Counted from the stretch's first letter, positions 11,414 to 22,706 are shown. The stretch is 29,625 nt of DNA from Fonticula alba ATCC 38817 (GCA_000388065.2 KB932207.1), one strand, 5' to 3'. The notes: generated by a model from the letters alone, not told the origin. Translations and numbers: made by a program.

Positions 11414-12453
11414 ATGCCCTCGATCATCAGAGACACTTCTGACCGCCCCCACCGGCGGGATTTCCCCCAGGACCCCGACTTCCACGCATCGTTGAGGTGC
11501 TTTGCCGCCAGCTGGACGGAGGAGGATCTGGAGGCTGTGCGACGCTTCCGGCGCGATCTGCCGGACCTCCAGCGGTTTCTGGGCTGTGCGCTGCCCCGCG
11601 AGGCCTCGTTCGTGAGTTGATGCTGCCGGATCCCTTGCGCGCCTCCGATTGACATGTCCCTGCCCGCCCGTGCCGCCCCCCCCCCCCCCCCCCCCCCCCC
11701 GGGGGTTCCGCCCTTTCCAGCACCCTCCCTGCGGGTGGTGTACTTTCCCGGTCGTACGCCCCTGACTGGGCACCATGGCTACGGCCTCCGTGGCTATGAC
11801 TTCCCGTCGCGTGCGTCAGCCGCCTTGTCGATGGGCGCATGCCCCCCCCTCCCCCCCCCCTGGCTTGTACTCACCTCTGCGCCCGGTTCGGCTGGCCAGA
11901 CTTCACCAAGGCAGGGTTGTGCCTCAACCTGACTGAGGCGCGCTGGATCCCCCGATATATTCGCGAAAACCTCAAGCGCATTGTATGCTCCCTCGCGCCC
12001 ATGGATGCTCATTTTCCTTGCTCCAATGGCCTCGCAGGTGGCCATGGTCCCTTCGCAATCTGACGTGGGTTTGCATGCGCTCCAGGAGCGCCGGCGAGTG
12101 AATGCCCTCGGGGAGCTCGTCATCCAGTCGGGCGCCTCCTGCTCGCAGAGGATCAATCTCGACATCTGCATCCGCCAGCTTTTGGCCGCCCTCGACCGGG
12201 CCAGCATCCTGCCCGATTTGGAGCCCCACTCCCGACACGATAGGATCGTGGCCCTGTGCGCGCCCCTCTCGCGCTGCCTGCTGGCGGTTTCCCCATCTGC
12301 CACACACACACACACACTGCCCGGCACACAGCTGACATCTTGCCCATCGATTGCCCCTTTGGCGGCAGCGCCGCCGCATTCAAGGAGCGCCGACACCGCC
12401 AAAAGCGCCGGCGCGCCGGAATCATGGAGGCCCGGCGTCTACCCCGGGACTAG
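11414..12453 (+). CDS. ICT1/ArfB-like paralog lacking GGQ (array copy 4, ~199 aa)
   Basis: Exons 11414-11585, 11721-11810, 11900-11982 (83 nt), 12086-12255 (170 nt), 12369-12453 (600 nt in frame). CFAASWTEEDLEAVRRF; LRVVYFPGR...GYGLRGYDFPS; RWIPRYIRENLKRI; RVNALGELVIQSGASCSQRINLDICIRQL; tail AAAFKERRHRQKRRRAGIMEARRLPRD*. Confidence 0.87.
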
Positions 12454-13213
12454 TCTGGGCCTGTGTTTTTTTTTCTTTTTGCTTGTGCCCCTTCTTCGTG
12501 CCCACTCCGAGTGCACACAGGCCCCATCGCTCTGGTCAGCCTGTCAGCGCCCCGAGGAGCAAAGGCATCACCTGCAGGGCGCGCGTATGTGTGCATACAT
12601 GCATGCATGCATGCATGTATGAGCACAACGTCCAACATGGCAGAGGGGCCAAGAGTCTGTCCCCGGAGATGGCGAGAAGCAGCGGGCACATTGTGGATTC
12701 AGCCCCGGCCAGAAGGAGAAGACAAGGGCCCCGAATATACGGACAACCAGGCCAGCAGACCGGGGGTAGGGAAATTCCCCGGGCCGGAGGTGGGGCACGC
12801 CCGGAGTGCATCCCAGACCGGATGCCGGTCAGCCGGCAGACCGACCCACTCCCCGGCCCGGGCAGGGGAGGGGCAGATGTGCCGGGCCTCCGCGGTGCCT
12901 GTCGGCCCTTCGCGCATCCATGCGCTGCTGAGGGCGAGACACATGGGCAAGTGCCCATTGACTGGGGAAGGGGCCACATTGCGCAAGTCCCCGCCCGGCC
13001 TTGGGGGTGATCCTCCGCGGGGAAAGGGACCTGCCGCGGGCAGGCCCGCGGGTTGCCATGTGCAGCGGGGAAAAGGCCGCCAAGTGCTGCTCGGGATGTT
13101 GGTCAATCGGTCACCGGCCCCCCCCCCCTGCAACTTCTGCTTGTGTTCATCCCCCTGCGCCCCCTCCACCCCGTTCGCGCCACATCCCTGGTCCCCTCTG
13201 CCCGGGTGCCACG

Positions 13214-14081
13214 ATGCCTTCACCGCCGGACTTCTCGTTGCCGGCTTTCTCCCTGAGCGGCAGCGTTGACCCCACCACCCTGGGGCCGGATGTTCCCCTG
13301 TCCGAGTTTGCCGCCGCTTGGGACCAAGACGAGCTGGCCTTCGCCCACTCCTTCCGGTCTCTGGGCTTCGATGCGCGCATTGATTTTCGGTGTACGCCAC
13401 TGGCCCTGTGCTGGTTTCAGCAGCATGCCCCGCCCGCATCCCCGGTCCTGACCTCCCGTCCCCCCCCCCCCCCCCTCCAAAAAGGCTTCCTGGACATCCG
13501 CTACATGCCACCCGGCGGGGATGCCTCCCCGGATGCCCCTTTCTTCGGCCCAAACGACGAGGACATCCCGGAAGGTGCGTTCACACACACACACACACAC
13601 ATGCACATGAGCACATGCATACATACACTGGCGGGCATGTGCCCCTCTACTGGGGCATGTGCACCCGGCGCCACCACATGTCCTAACATGTGTGTATGTG
13701 CATGTGTGCGGCTTCGTTGCCCCCGGCACCCAGACCACGTCGTTGTCGAAGTGCGCATCCCTCTGCCGGATGTGTTCTGGCTTCCGCGGTATGCCGCCTG
13801 CAACCTCCGGCGCATGGTACGCCTCTGGCTGTCCGCCCCTCCTCCCGCGGCCCCACTCTGCTCGGCCCCCTCGCCGATGTGTCTGGCGATCACTCACCAT
13901 CGGGCGTCTCACCTCCGTGTAGGAATCCCACCGGATCAACGAGGCCGGTGAGCTCGTGGTTCGCGCGTCGGAGGCCCCTCTCCGGGAGGCCAACTTGGAG
14001 GACTGCCTGGGACAGATCGATCGGCTGATCCTCGGCGCGGTCGCCCTGCCCGAGGATTATGTGCCAACCGGCTTCAGGTAG
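13214..14081 (+). CDS. ICT1/ArfB-like paralog lacking GGQ and apparently the basic C-terminal tail (array copy 5)
   Basis: Exons 13214-13391, 13485-13574, 13734-13816 (83 nt), 13923-14081. LSEFAAAWDQDELAFAHSFRSLGF; LDIRYMP...FFGPNDEDIPE; VEVRIPLPDVFWLPRYAACNLRRM; RINEAGELVVRASE..REANLEDCLGQI; ends ..EDYVPTGFR* (or splices at AG|GTAGG 14078 to an exon I could not find). Confidence 0.83.
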
Positions 14082-14273
14082 GGGGCTCCCGGGCGTCCGT
14101 TTGATGCATTCGCGCTGGCGGTTCGCCGGGCCCCGGCCGCTCTTGCGTCACCCCCCCCCCCGCACCGCCTCGCCCTCCCTCGCCGGAAAAATACACAAAC
14201 ACACCTGCCCCCCCCTGGAGGGGGGGCAGGCGAAGTTCACACGCCCTGTTTGTGCGACCCACACCTGCGTGCA

Positions 14274-14294
14274 CGCGCGCGCGCGCGCGCGCGC
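14274..14294. repeat. (CG)n alternating purine-pyrimidine tract
   Basis: About 10 CG units; a classical Z-DNA-prone sequence. Confidence 0.8.
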
Positions 14295-14760
14295 CTCCGC
14301 CCGCGTCTCCGACGCCTGTGACACCCTCCGGCCCCCTCGCTCGCCACATGCCAACCCTCGGGGCCGGGCCCTGGGCGGCACGCTCCATGCCCCCAGGCCG
14401 ACCAGTGTCTGAAGGGGGGTGTTTCAGTTGATCCATCGGGGCGGGGCTGCGGGGGGGGGAACGGAGCAAGGGGGCTCCTATCTATATCCGGCTGCCCCGC
14501 GATGGGCTCACTTCCCGTGGGCCTCTCCCGTGTTGGTGCGTTTGCGCAACCACACCGACACCTCCCAGGGAGGAGCGAGGAAAAAGGGCGGGGATCGCGC
14601 TTCCGTGTGGATTGCAGCGCGCGTCACCGCCTGCCAGCCCGCGCTGCTCTTCCTCCCCCCCTCCCCCTCCCCCGGTCCTTCTGTCCCCCTCTGCTGCTGG
14701 CCGTCTCCCCGGCCTGCTTCCCCCAATCGGTCCCTTGATTCCGCCACCGCCCCGGCCCAC

Positions 14761-16491
14761 ATGTCCCTCGCGCATGTGCCTCACCACGCATGCAGCATGT
14801 CCTCAGCCGACCGAGCTGCCTCCACATCGGTCCCCCAGCATGCCGGGCGTTTCCGCCATCCCTTGGATGCCCTCCCCGTAGGTGATGGGCAGCTGCGGGC
14901 ATTTGCGGCCGCCTGGTCCGCGGAGGAAATCCAGGCGGTTCGCGCCTTCCTCATGCGCGGGTTCACCACATTCTCCATCCCAAAGGGTATGGATCCCCCC
15001 TTGCGCATGCCGACCGCACCGTCCGCCGACCTGGCCCTCCGCGCGAGGGGGTTCGCTCTTTGACATGTCGACTGTTGCCCATACGCCAGCGGACCTCATC
15101 ATCCGATACTTGCCCTTTGGCCAGCCAAATGAACACGCCCCTCGCCAATACACCGGCGTGTATGGGCGGAGGCTGGCCCCGGGCGAGTCGCTCCTCGTCC
15201 CGCGGACAGGGCGCCCCTACCCGGGCTTTGGCCCCGGCGGTCGCGCTGTCCACAAGGGTATGTGTTCCCTCGTGCGCGAGGCCGTTCTTGCTTCCTTTCC
15301 TCCCCTCCCTCTTTTTTTCCTTCCCCCCCCCTCTCTCTCTCTCTCGCTGGCACATCGCCCACTAAACGCGGGCACCTGCTGCTGGCGCTGCCTTCTTCCC
15401 TCATCGCCCTTTTTCCGCCGCCCCTCGCTCTCATGGCGTTGTTTCCCGGCAACCCCCGGCCGCCCTCCCTCGGGCAGCCAACAGCAATGTCGAAGTGCGC
15501 CTCCCTCTCGACAAGGTCGCCTGGCTGCCAAAGTACGTGGCCCACAACATCCGGCGTATGGTGCGTTCCCCCGGCCGGCCCTCTTCGCCATCTGCCGGCC
15601 CTTGCCCCTGGCGCTCACCGGTCCTTGCTGCCCTTGCTGCTCCGACGCTCGGCCCAGGAGCCCCTCCGGGTCAATGGGTCCTTCGAGCTGGTGGTCTTTT
15701 CGAACCACGGCTACTTCCAGGCAACCAATTTCCACAAATGCCTGGAGGAGATCGTCCGGATTGTCAAGGCAGCAGCCATTCTGCCCGACTGGGAGGGCGA
15801 CGCCACTCGATCGACGATAGGCCTCCAGTGCGCTGCCCCCTCGGCCGCTCTCCCTCCCCGCCCTGTGATGGCCTTGACATGCGGTCCTGACGCATCAGTC
15901 CCCCCCCCCCCCCCCCCCCCTTTCCTTTCGGCCCCCCCCCCTTCCGCTCGCCGGTCTGCCCGCGCGCTCTTCCTGCCCCTCCCCCGTTCGCCTCCCCGGC
16001 CAGAAGATCCCTCGCCGTCATGTCCTCCGATAGCAGCGCCTCTGCTGGCACCCCGGTGCCCCCGATGATGACCAGCCAGATGAACTCCGAGTCGGCCATC
16101 CTCACCATCCGCGTGGTGCGCGAGGCTTCCCTCCCTCGCTCCCGGACAGATGGGCGGCACGGCTGCGCCGCTGGTGTCGTGGCTGGACCAGTTCACGGCC
16201 TCGCCACATTGTGAGAAGTATGTTTGCTGATGCTGCNNNNNNNNNNNNNNNNGGCCACTTTCGCCTGCTTCTCTGTCTCGCTCCCGTCTTCTACCGGGTG
16301 GAGGATATGGCCGCCCTCCCCCCCCCCCCCGCCGTCTTTCCTTTCGCCCATCCCCTCCCCCTTTGGCGGATGGTCCAATTTTGTTCCATGCCCCTCCCCC
16401 CAGTGCCCAAGTCGACAACGAGCGCCGGCTGAGAGGGAAGAAGCGTCGCTCTGAAATCAAGGCCGCCCGGCGCCTGATCGCCGATCGGTGA
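14761..16491 (+). CDS. ICT1/ArfB-like paralog with GGQ changed to GGR (array copy 6)
   Basis: Exons 14761(or 14797)-14986, 15090-15257, 15478-15560 (83 nt), 15658-15827 (170 nt), 16404-16491. LRAFAAAWSAEEIQAVRAFLMRGFTTFSIPK; DLIIRYLP...GFGPGGRAVHK; NSNVEVRLPLDKVAWLPKYVAHNIRRM; RVNGSFELVVFSN..FQATNFHKCLEEI; tail AQVDNERRLRGKKRRSEIKAARRLIADR*. Confidence 0.88.
16237..16252. other. Assembly gap (N run) in intron 4 of copy 6
   Basis: 16 Ns. Confidence 0.95.
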
Positions 16492-17083
16492 CCGAAGTCC
16501 CCCAGGAGGCGGGCAATGCCACCCCACAATGTCCGCAAAGCCACGGGACGGCCCTCAGCCCGGAGCTTGGGCCGGAAATACACCTCTCTCTCTCTCCCCC
16601 CACAATCGAGCATGTCCATGTGACTTGGGTCCAGTGGCGCCAAGTCCCAACGAAGTGCCGCCTGGCGAGCGCACCCGGGCCACACGCCGGCAGCCCCCCT
16701 GGCAGAAGGCCGGGCGCCTGTGGCCCTCCCGCCCCGTCCGTCGCGGCCGGGGCGAGGAGCAACAGCACCGGATGGGGCTGCGCGGGAAACCACAGCGCCA
16801 GAGCACGGAACTGGCCGGAGTCCACTCGTCACGCCCCCCCCGCCCCTCGCCAATGTAGACTTCTCATCCTCGTCCACCAGGGAGATCGCCAGCCGGGCGG
16901 TTTGTCAGGGGGGGCGCAAAGGGCGGGGATGCTCACGGGCACCCCGCCGCAGCCACACTCTCTCCTCGCTGACCCCCCCCCCTCCCCCCTCTTTCGGTTT
17001 CTGTGCCCTCCTTGCCCCCCTTCTCTCTCTCTCTCTCTCCGTCTCCGCTGCTCGAACCTGCGGCCGTGCCCCCTGCTCTGAGA

Positions 17084-20000
17084 ATGCGACCGATCGGCCT
17101 CCGACGGCGGCCGGGGCCGGCGTCCACGCCCGCCCCGCCAGGCACTCGGCCGATTTCGTCCTTCCTGGCGCCCAAGCCGCAGGGTCCCGGGCCGGCCGGT
17201 GGGGCGACCGAGCAGGCAACCGCCGGCGTCGCCCCGTCGGCGATCGGTCCGCCGGCCCCGGCCGATGCTGCCGGGCCGGCTGCCCCGTTGCCGCTCGACC
17301 GGCCCCCGGCCCCGGAGCATGAGTACCTCCTGCGGTCGCTGAATGAGGAGCAGCGCACCGCGGTGGTGGCCAATCCGGACGGCGTGCTGATCATCCTCGC
17401 CGGCCCGGGCACCGGCAAAACACGCACCATCACTCACCGCCTGGCGTACTTGCTGTCCGCGTGTCGACTGCCGCCGGCCTCGCTGGTGATGGTGACCTTC
17501 ACCAAGAAAGGTAGGTTGCTTGGTCCATCTTTGCTCCCTGTCGCTCGGCCTCCTCGCCGGCCCTTTGCTTTTCTGCCCTCCTCTCCGGGTTTGCCTTTGA
17601 TCGGGCTTTCTGGACGCGGCAATGCCTCGTCCCCCCGGGCTTCCCCCCCCCCCCCCCCTCCTCCTGCCCGCCTCGCTCGCCGCCGCAGATGCCTGGCCCC
17701 CATCTGACACGCCCGGCTCTGCGCCAGCTGCCGAGGAGTTGAAGTCCCGCACGCGGGCCCTGCTCGGGGCCTCCTTCCCACCGGGGATCATCATCGGCAC
17801 CTTCCACAATGTGTGTAACCACTTCCTGCGGCTGCACCATCGGCTGGTCGGGCTGCAGGCCAACTTCCGCCTCATCGATGAGCACACCTCCAGACGGTAC
17901 ATGCTGGACGTGTGCTCGGCTCTTGGGCAGCGCCTGCCGCTGGACCAACTGTCGGCCTTCATCACCGAAGTCAAGCGCCACCCCCGCGGCCCGGAGGACT
18001 ATCTCTCCCTGTCGGCCTCCAAGTATGACCAGGAGTTCGCCACCTTCTCCCAGGCGTACCGGGCATATGCTGCCCGCTGTCGCGAAGCCAATGTCATCGA
18101 CTTCGAAGACTCGCTCATCCTCGGGGAGCGACTCTTCAAGCAGCATCCGGAGGTCTTGCAGGGCGTTCGCCATGTGCTGGTTGACGAGGTGTGTCCTGCC
18201 TTGTGCCGCTCGGTTGTGGGCTTGCCCTGCCGCTCGCTGACAGTCTCCCCCCCCCCCTCCCCCCCTCTCCCCTCCTCCTCTCCCACCCTGGGCCCTGTGT
18301 CTCCTTCCCCCGCTGCAACCGTCGCCCGAAGTTCCAAGATACATGTGACATTCAATTTTCCCTGACCTGTCTCCTGGCAGGGGCCGAGACCACGCGCGTG
18401 GTTTCGCCCACTGGGGCATCCTCCAGCCTGGTGAAGGCCTCTCCGGAGATTGAGATTGCCTCAAGCGGGGCCGCCCGGCGTCGTGGGGCCTTGACCATCG
18501 TCGGCGACCCGGACCAGTCGATCTACGGCTTCCGCAAAGCCAATGTCCACCATCTGACGCGCGGCCTGGGGCGCATCTACGGGGCGGCCCTGCGAACGGT
18601 GGAGCTCGGCACCAATTACCGCTCCAGCGGCTGCATTGTGGCCGCTTCGCGGGTTGTCATCGAGCAAGGTGCGCCTTGTCTGTGATCCTCTTGGTGCCTC
18701 CTCCGGCTGCTTCGATTGTCCTTCGCCGCCGACACTAACCCCCCCTCTCCCCCCCCCCCTGCATCCTCTGCGGGCCAGACACCGAGCGCAAGAAGCGCGA
18801 CTTGCGCTCGGCCTTTGGCAGCGTGCCGGCGGAGGCTCTGCCCCGGCGGGGCGCCTTCGCCTCGCAGGCCCCCCTGCCGGGGGGCTTGTGTCCCTCGCTC
18901 GGGCCGCCGGTGGCCGTGTGTAGCCTGTCCACGCCCGGCACCGAGGCCACCTTCATCGGGTGCGAGATTAAGCGGCTGATTGAGGCCAGCCAGGGGCTGC
19001 TCAGCTTCTCGGACATGTGCGTGCTGGTCCGCGAGAACCGGCAGTTCCAGGAGATCGAGCAGGCGCTCAGCCGCCTGGGCATCCCCCACACGCGGAGCTC
19101 CGACACCCGGGTTGACCGGTCGGCCTTCGGGTCGGCCGATGCGCGCGTCCTCCACGGGTATCTGGCCGTGGGCATGTTCCTGGCTCTGGCGGAGTCCGGG
19201 CTTCGCTCGGCGGCCGAGATCATCTTTCCCCGGGCTCGGCTCAGTGCGTTTGTCGTTCGCGCTCCGCCTCCCCTCCCGCCGGTCTTGCCCGAAACACACG
19301 CCCATTGACCCATGACTGTTCCTCCCCTCCGTGTGCCCTCCCTTGCTCTCGCCCTCCCGCGGGCCCTTTGCGCGTGTTTCTCCCCTCCCCCCTGCCGGCT
19401 GTGCACGGCGTGCATCGCATGGATTGCGTGGCTGCCATGGTGCCCTCGAAAATCCCCCCCCCCCCCTCCTGACACCCACGAAAACGCCCTCGCGCGCACG
19501 CCGCAGACGCTGCCTTCTGCCAGTCGGTCAACTCGCCGTCGAGGATGATCGGCCCCTCGGCGTTGGACGACTTGCGCATCCTGGCTGGGTCCCTGCCGGC
19601 CCCGGGCTCCGGTGCCAACATGCTGGATGCGGCGCGGGTGCTGTGCGACCGGGCCCCGGGGGTGGGTGTCGCCGTGGCCGTGGGCGTGGCCGGCCCCGAC
19701 GCCCCCATGGCCCCGGGGTCCCAGGCTGGCGAGGGCACGCCTGCCGTCGGGCGCAATGCCTTCGATGTGCTCCGTGCCTCGGCCGGCCAGCGGCCCGCCG
19801 CCCCCTCGGAGCCGATCGGCGGCAAAGCCGGCATCCCGCCGGCCGCCCTGGCTGGCTGGCTGGCTGAGCGCCGGTCCCTGCGCGAGCGCCTCAACCCCTT
19901 CCTGGATGTGGTGGACGCGGTGGCGGGTCTGCTGCGAGCATCGCCCCCGGTCGGGGCCACCGGCCAGTCGGTGGGCGCGCGGCTGCTTTCCCTGGTTGAC

Positions 20001-20543
20001 ACGGCCCTGTCGCGCTCTGGCCAGCCGATCTCCAGCGAGTGTGGAGGTGCGTGGCCTGCGGGCCCTGCCGGGCGGGGTGCATCATTTGCCGGGCCCCCGC
20101 GCGCCGGCGTGCTGTGTGCCATCTGCCCGCCTCTCGCCGGCTCGCGCTGACCATGCAGGCTGGGGCTTTGCCATCCCTAGGGCGTGCGGAGCTCGACAAG
20201 CAGATCACTGCCTGGGCCTCGGGCTTCGATAGGCAGGCCGCGCGGGGTTGCTTCTCCCAGTCGGCCAGCGACCGGGCTGGCTTCACACAGCCGGCCACCG
20301 GGTCTTGCTGGTGTTCTGGCAGCGGGCCCGATGCGGGCGCCTCCCTTCCGGGCGTCTGTCGCACGGCGTCGCAGCTGTCGCCCGACCAGCTGGCCCTGGC
20401 GGCCATGCTCGCCCGCTGGGAGCTCGAGCACCAGGCCCAGCAGCGCCGTGGCCAGGCCCTGAATGTGCGTTCGTTTGGTTCCCGACCGCCGCCGCTGTCA
20501 CCTTCGCTCCCCTCCACTGTCGGGCCCATCCTCACCAGCTCGT

Positions 20544-20594
<51 letters not shown>

Positions 20595-22706
20595 CCCGCC
20601 CGCCCGCAGGCCGTTGCCATGAGCTCTCTCCACTCGGCCAAGGGCCTCGAGTGGCCGGTGGTCTTCATCGCCGGTGTCGAGGAGGGCTTCCTTCCACACC
20701 GGCTGACGGTGAATGCCTCGACCGGCGGTGATGTCGAAGCCGCCGAGGATTCCCTGTGCGAGGAGCTGCGCCTGCTGTATGTGGGCATGACGCGCGCGCA
20801 GGCCGGCCTTTACTTGACCTCCTCCTCGTACCATTGCTCGCGTGGCGAGTCGCAGTGGCCGCCGATGTCGCGGTTCCTGCGGGACCTGAACTTCCCGGCG
20901 GCCGGGTGCGGCGGGTCGCACCTGCTCAAATCCGCGCACTTCATGCAGCAGGCCCTGGCGCAGCTGGGCCCCGCCGGGTTGGAGTCCGGGCCGCCGGCGG
21001 AGCCGGCTGCCTCCGGGCCACGTGCCTCCCGGCTGGGCCCGCTTCCGGATGTGGCGGCCTTCCGGAACCGGTCCCTGAGCCGTCGCAACCAGCTGGACGC
21101 GGTGTTGGCTCGATCTGGGACGCCCTTTTGCCAAAGCACCCCGCCGACCCTCTCTCCGGCCATTTTGCATGGGCTTGGGTGGCTTCTCCGGCGGCCGGTT
21201 CCCCCGGGGGCCTTTGCCGCTTCCTGTGCCGGGTACTTGGCGCCCGACCTGGGGGCCTTCATTGGGGAGGAGCGTTCGGCCCCGGCGGCCTCCGGTGGCG
21301 AGGGCCCCGGTGCGGCCGACCCGCGCGACGCCTGGGCCCTCGGCCTGGCGGCCGGGCTGCTGGATGCGGGCGATGGCCATGGCGACCCGGGGCTCCAGCC
21401 CTCCGGGGGGGAGACCTTCTCCGGGTTCCAGAGCGCCTCCTCGGCCTTCGGCCGCAGCAGCAGCAGCAGCGCCAGCGCCAGCAGCGGCAGCGGCACCAGC
21501 GCCGGCGCCGGCGCCGGCCCGGGCGGGTCCTTCGTCCGGGCAAGCAGTCTGGGCGGCGTCGCGGCCGGTGGCCAGGCCACCGGCTTCCGGCAGGCGTCTC
21601 GGCTCGGCACTTCGCAGCCCGGGCCCGGGGCCGGTGCTGACAGTCCCTTTGGCTTCCGTAGTGCGCAGGTGGTGGACTTCACGCGCCCCGGGGGGCCGGT
21701 CATCACGCATGGGCCGCATGCTGGCCAGGCGCCGGGTCCCTTCGGGGCCCTGGCCCCCGCAAGCGATGCCCTCTCGTCCGGCGCCCGGATCCCGGCCATG
21801 GCTTCGCCCTCGTGGTTTGACCCGTTCGCCGCGACCTGCGCCCTTCGTGGGAGCCAGCGCCGCGGCGAGCAGGCCGACACCAAGGACGGCCTTGCTGCCG
21901 GCCGGCAGCGGGCGGCCGAGCCGGCCCCCACGTCCTCCTTTGGCCACATGCCGGTGATGACCTTCAGCCGGCAGCAGCGGGGGGTCGTGACCGAGGCGCC
22001 GCGACCGGCACCCGGGTCCGGTACCGCTGCCGGGCCCATGCGATCCCTCCTGTCGACACGGCCACTGGCGACCGCGGCCTCGGCCACGGCCACTGCCGCC
22101 GCCGCCGCCGCCGCCGCCGAGGGGGAGCTTGTCGACCTGACGGAGCCCGGGGCGCCGGGCGCGGGCTCGCCTCGGCGGCGCCCCCCGCGCACGCGCGAGG
22201 AGCGCGAGCGCCAGATGCTGGAGGTGCTGAAGCGCCGACGCGAGGCCCCGCCCAGCCCTCCGGCCGCCGGGGAGGATTCCCTGTCCTCGGACTCGGACGA
22301 TGACTTTGCCCTGTACGGCGAGGAGGACAACGAGTTTGACTTCGACACCGGGACCATGCGGCAATCGGCGGCCGCGAGGCGGCGCGTTCGGTCGGTGGCC
22401 GGCCGGGCCGCGGACCCCGGGTGTGTGGCTACCGTCATGGCCAGCACCGGCGGCAGGCTGGAGCCTCCCGGGGTGGGGACGGCCCCGCGGCCGCGCCCCA
22501 GTCCCGGCCCCCCCGGCGGCCCGCCTCCCCTGCGGCAGGCACATCGGCCCCTGAGCAACTGGGGACACACGGCCGCCTCGGCCTCCAGCACCGCGTCCAC
22601 CGGCGGCCGGCGGCCCATCGGCTCTTCGCAGCAGTACTCCTCCGCCTTCCGGTCGGCCGGGTCCTTCTCCCAGCCCCGTGACGCCTGGCGCTCGCGGCCA
22701 CCCTGA
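17084..22706 (+). CDS. SRS2: Srs2/UvrD/PcrA-like SF1A 3'-5' DNA helicase, ~1536 aa, with long disordered C-terminal tail
   Basis: Exons 17084-17510, 17728-18188, 18332-18668, 18779-19243, 19507-20046, 20181-20464, 20610-22706 (4611 nt in frame). Motifs in order: LNEEQ, AGPGTGKT (I), VTFTKKAAEELKSR (Ia), GTFH, VLVDEFQDT (II), IVGDPDQSIYGFR (III), LGTNYRSSGCIV (IV), VLVRENRQ, LHSAKGLEWPVVFI (V), EELRLLYVGMTRAQ (VI). The family is certain; Srs2 orthology and the exon 5/6 boundary are less so. Confidence 0.9.

Noticed and set aside
11612-11620. GTGAGT consensus donor for copy 4 exon 1
   Set aside because: It is phase 0 and leads to a stop in exon 2. The phase-1 donor at 11586 restores homology, though 11612 could yield an NMD isoform.
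12463-13269. 268-aa + strand ORF between copies 4 and 5
   Set aside because: Includes microsatellite-derived sequence, has no motifs and overlaps the copy 5 start in another frame; probably intergenic.
13500-13520. PPGGD in copy 5 as the degenerate GGQ
   Set aside because: Register from the conserved exon end places the GGQ equivalent at GPNDE; GGD lies in the inserted loop.
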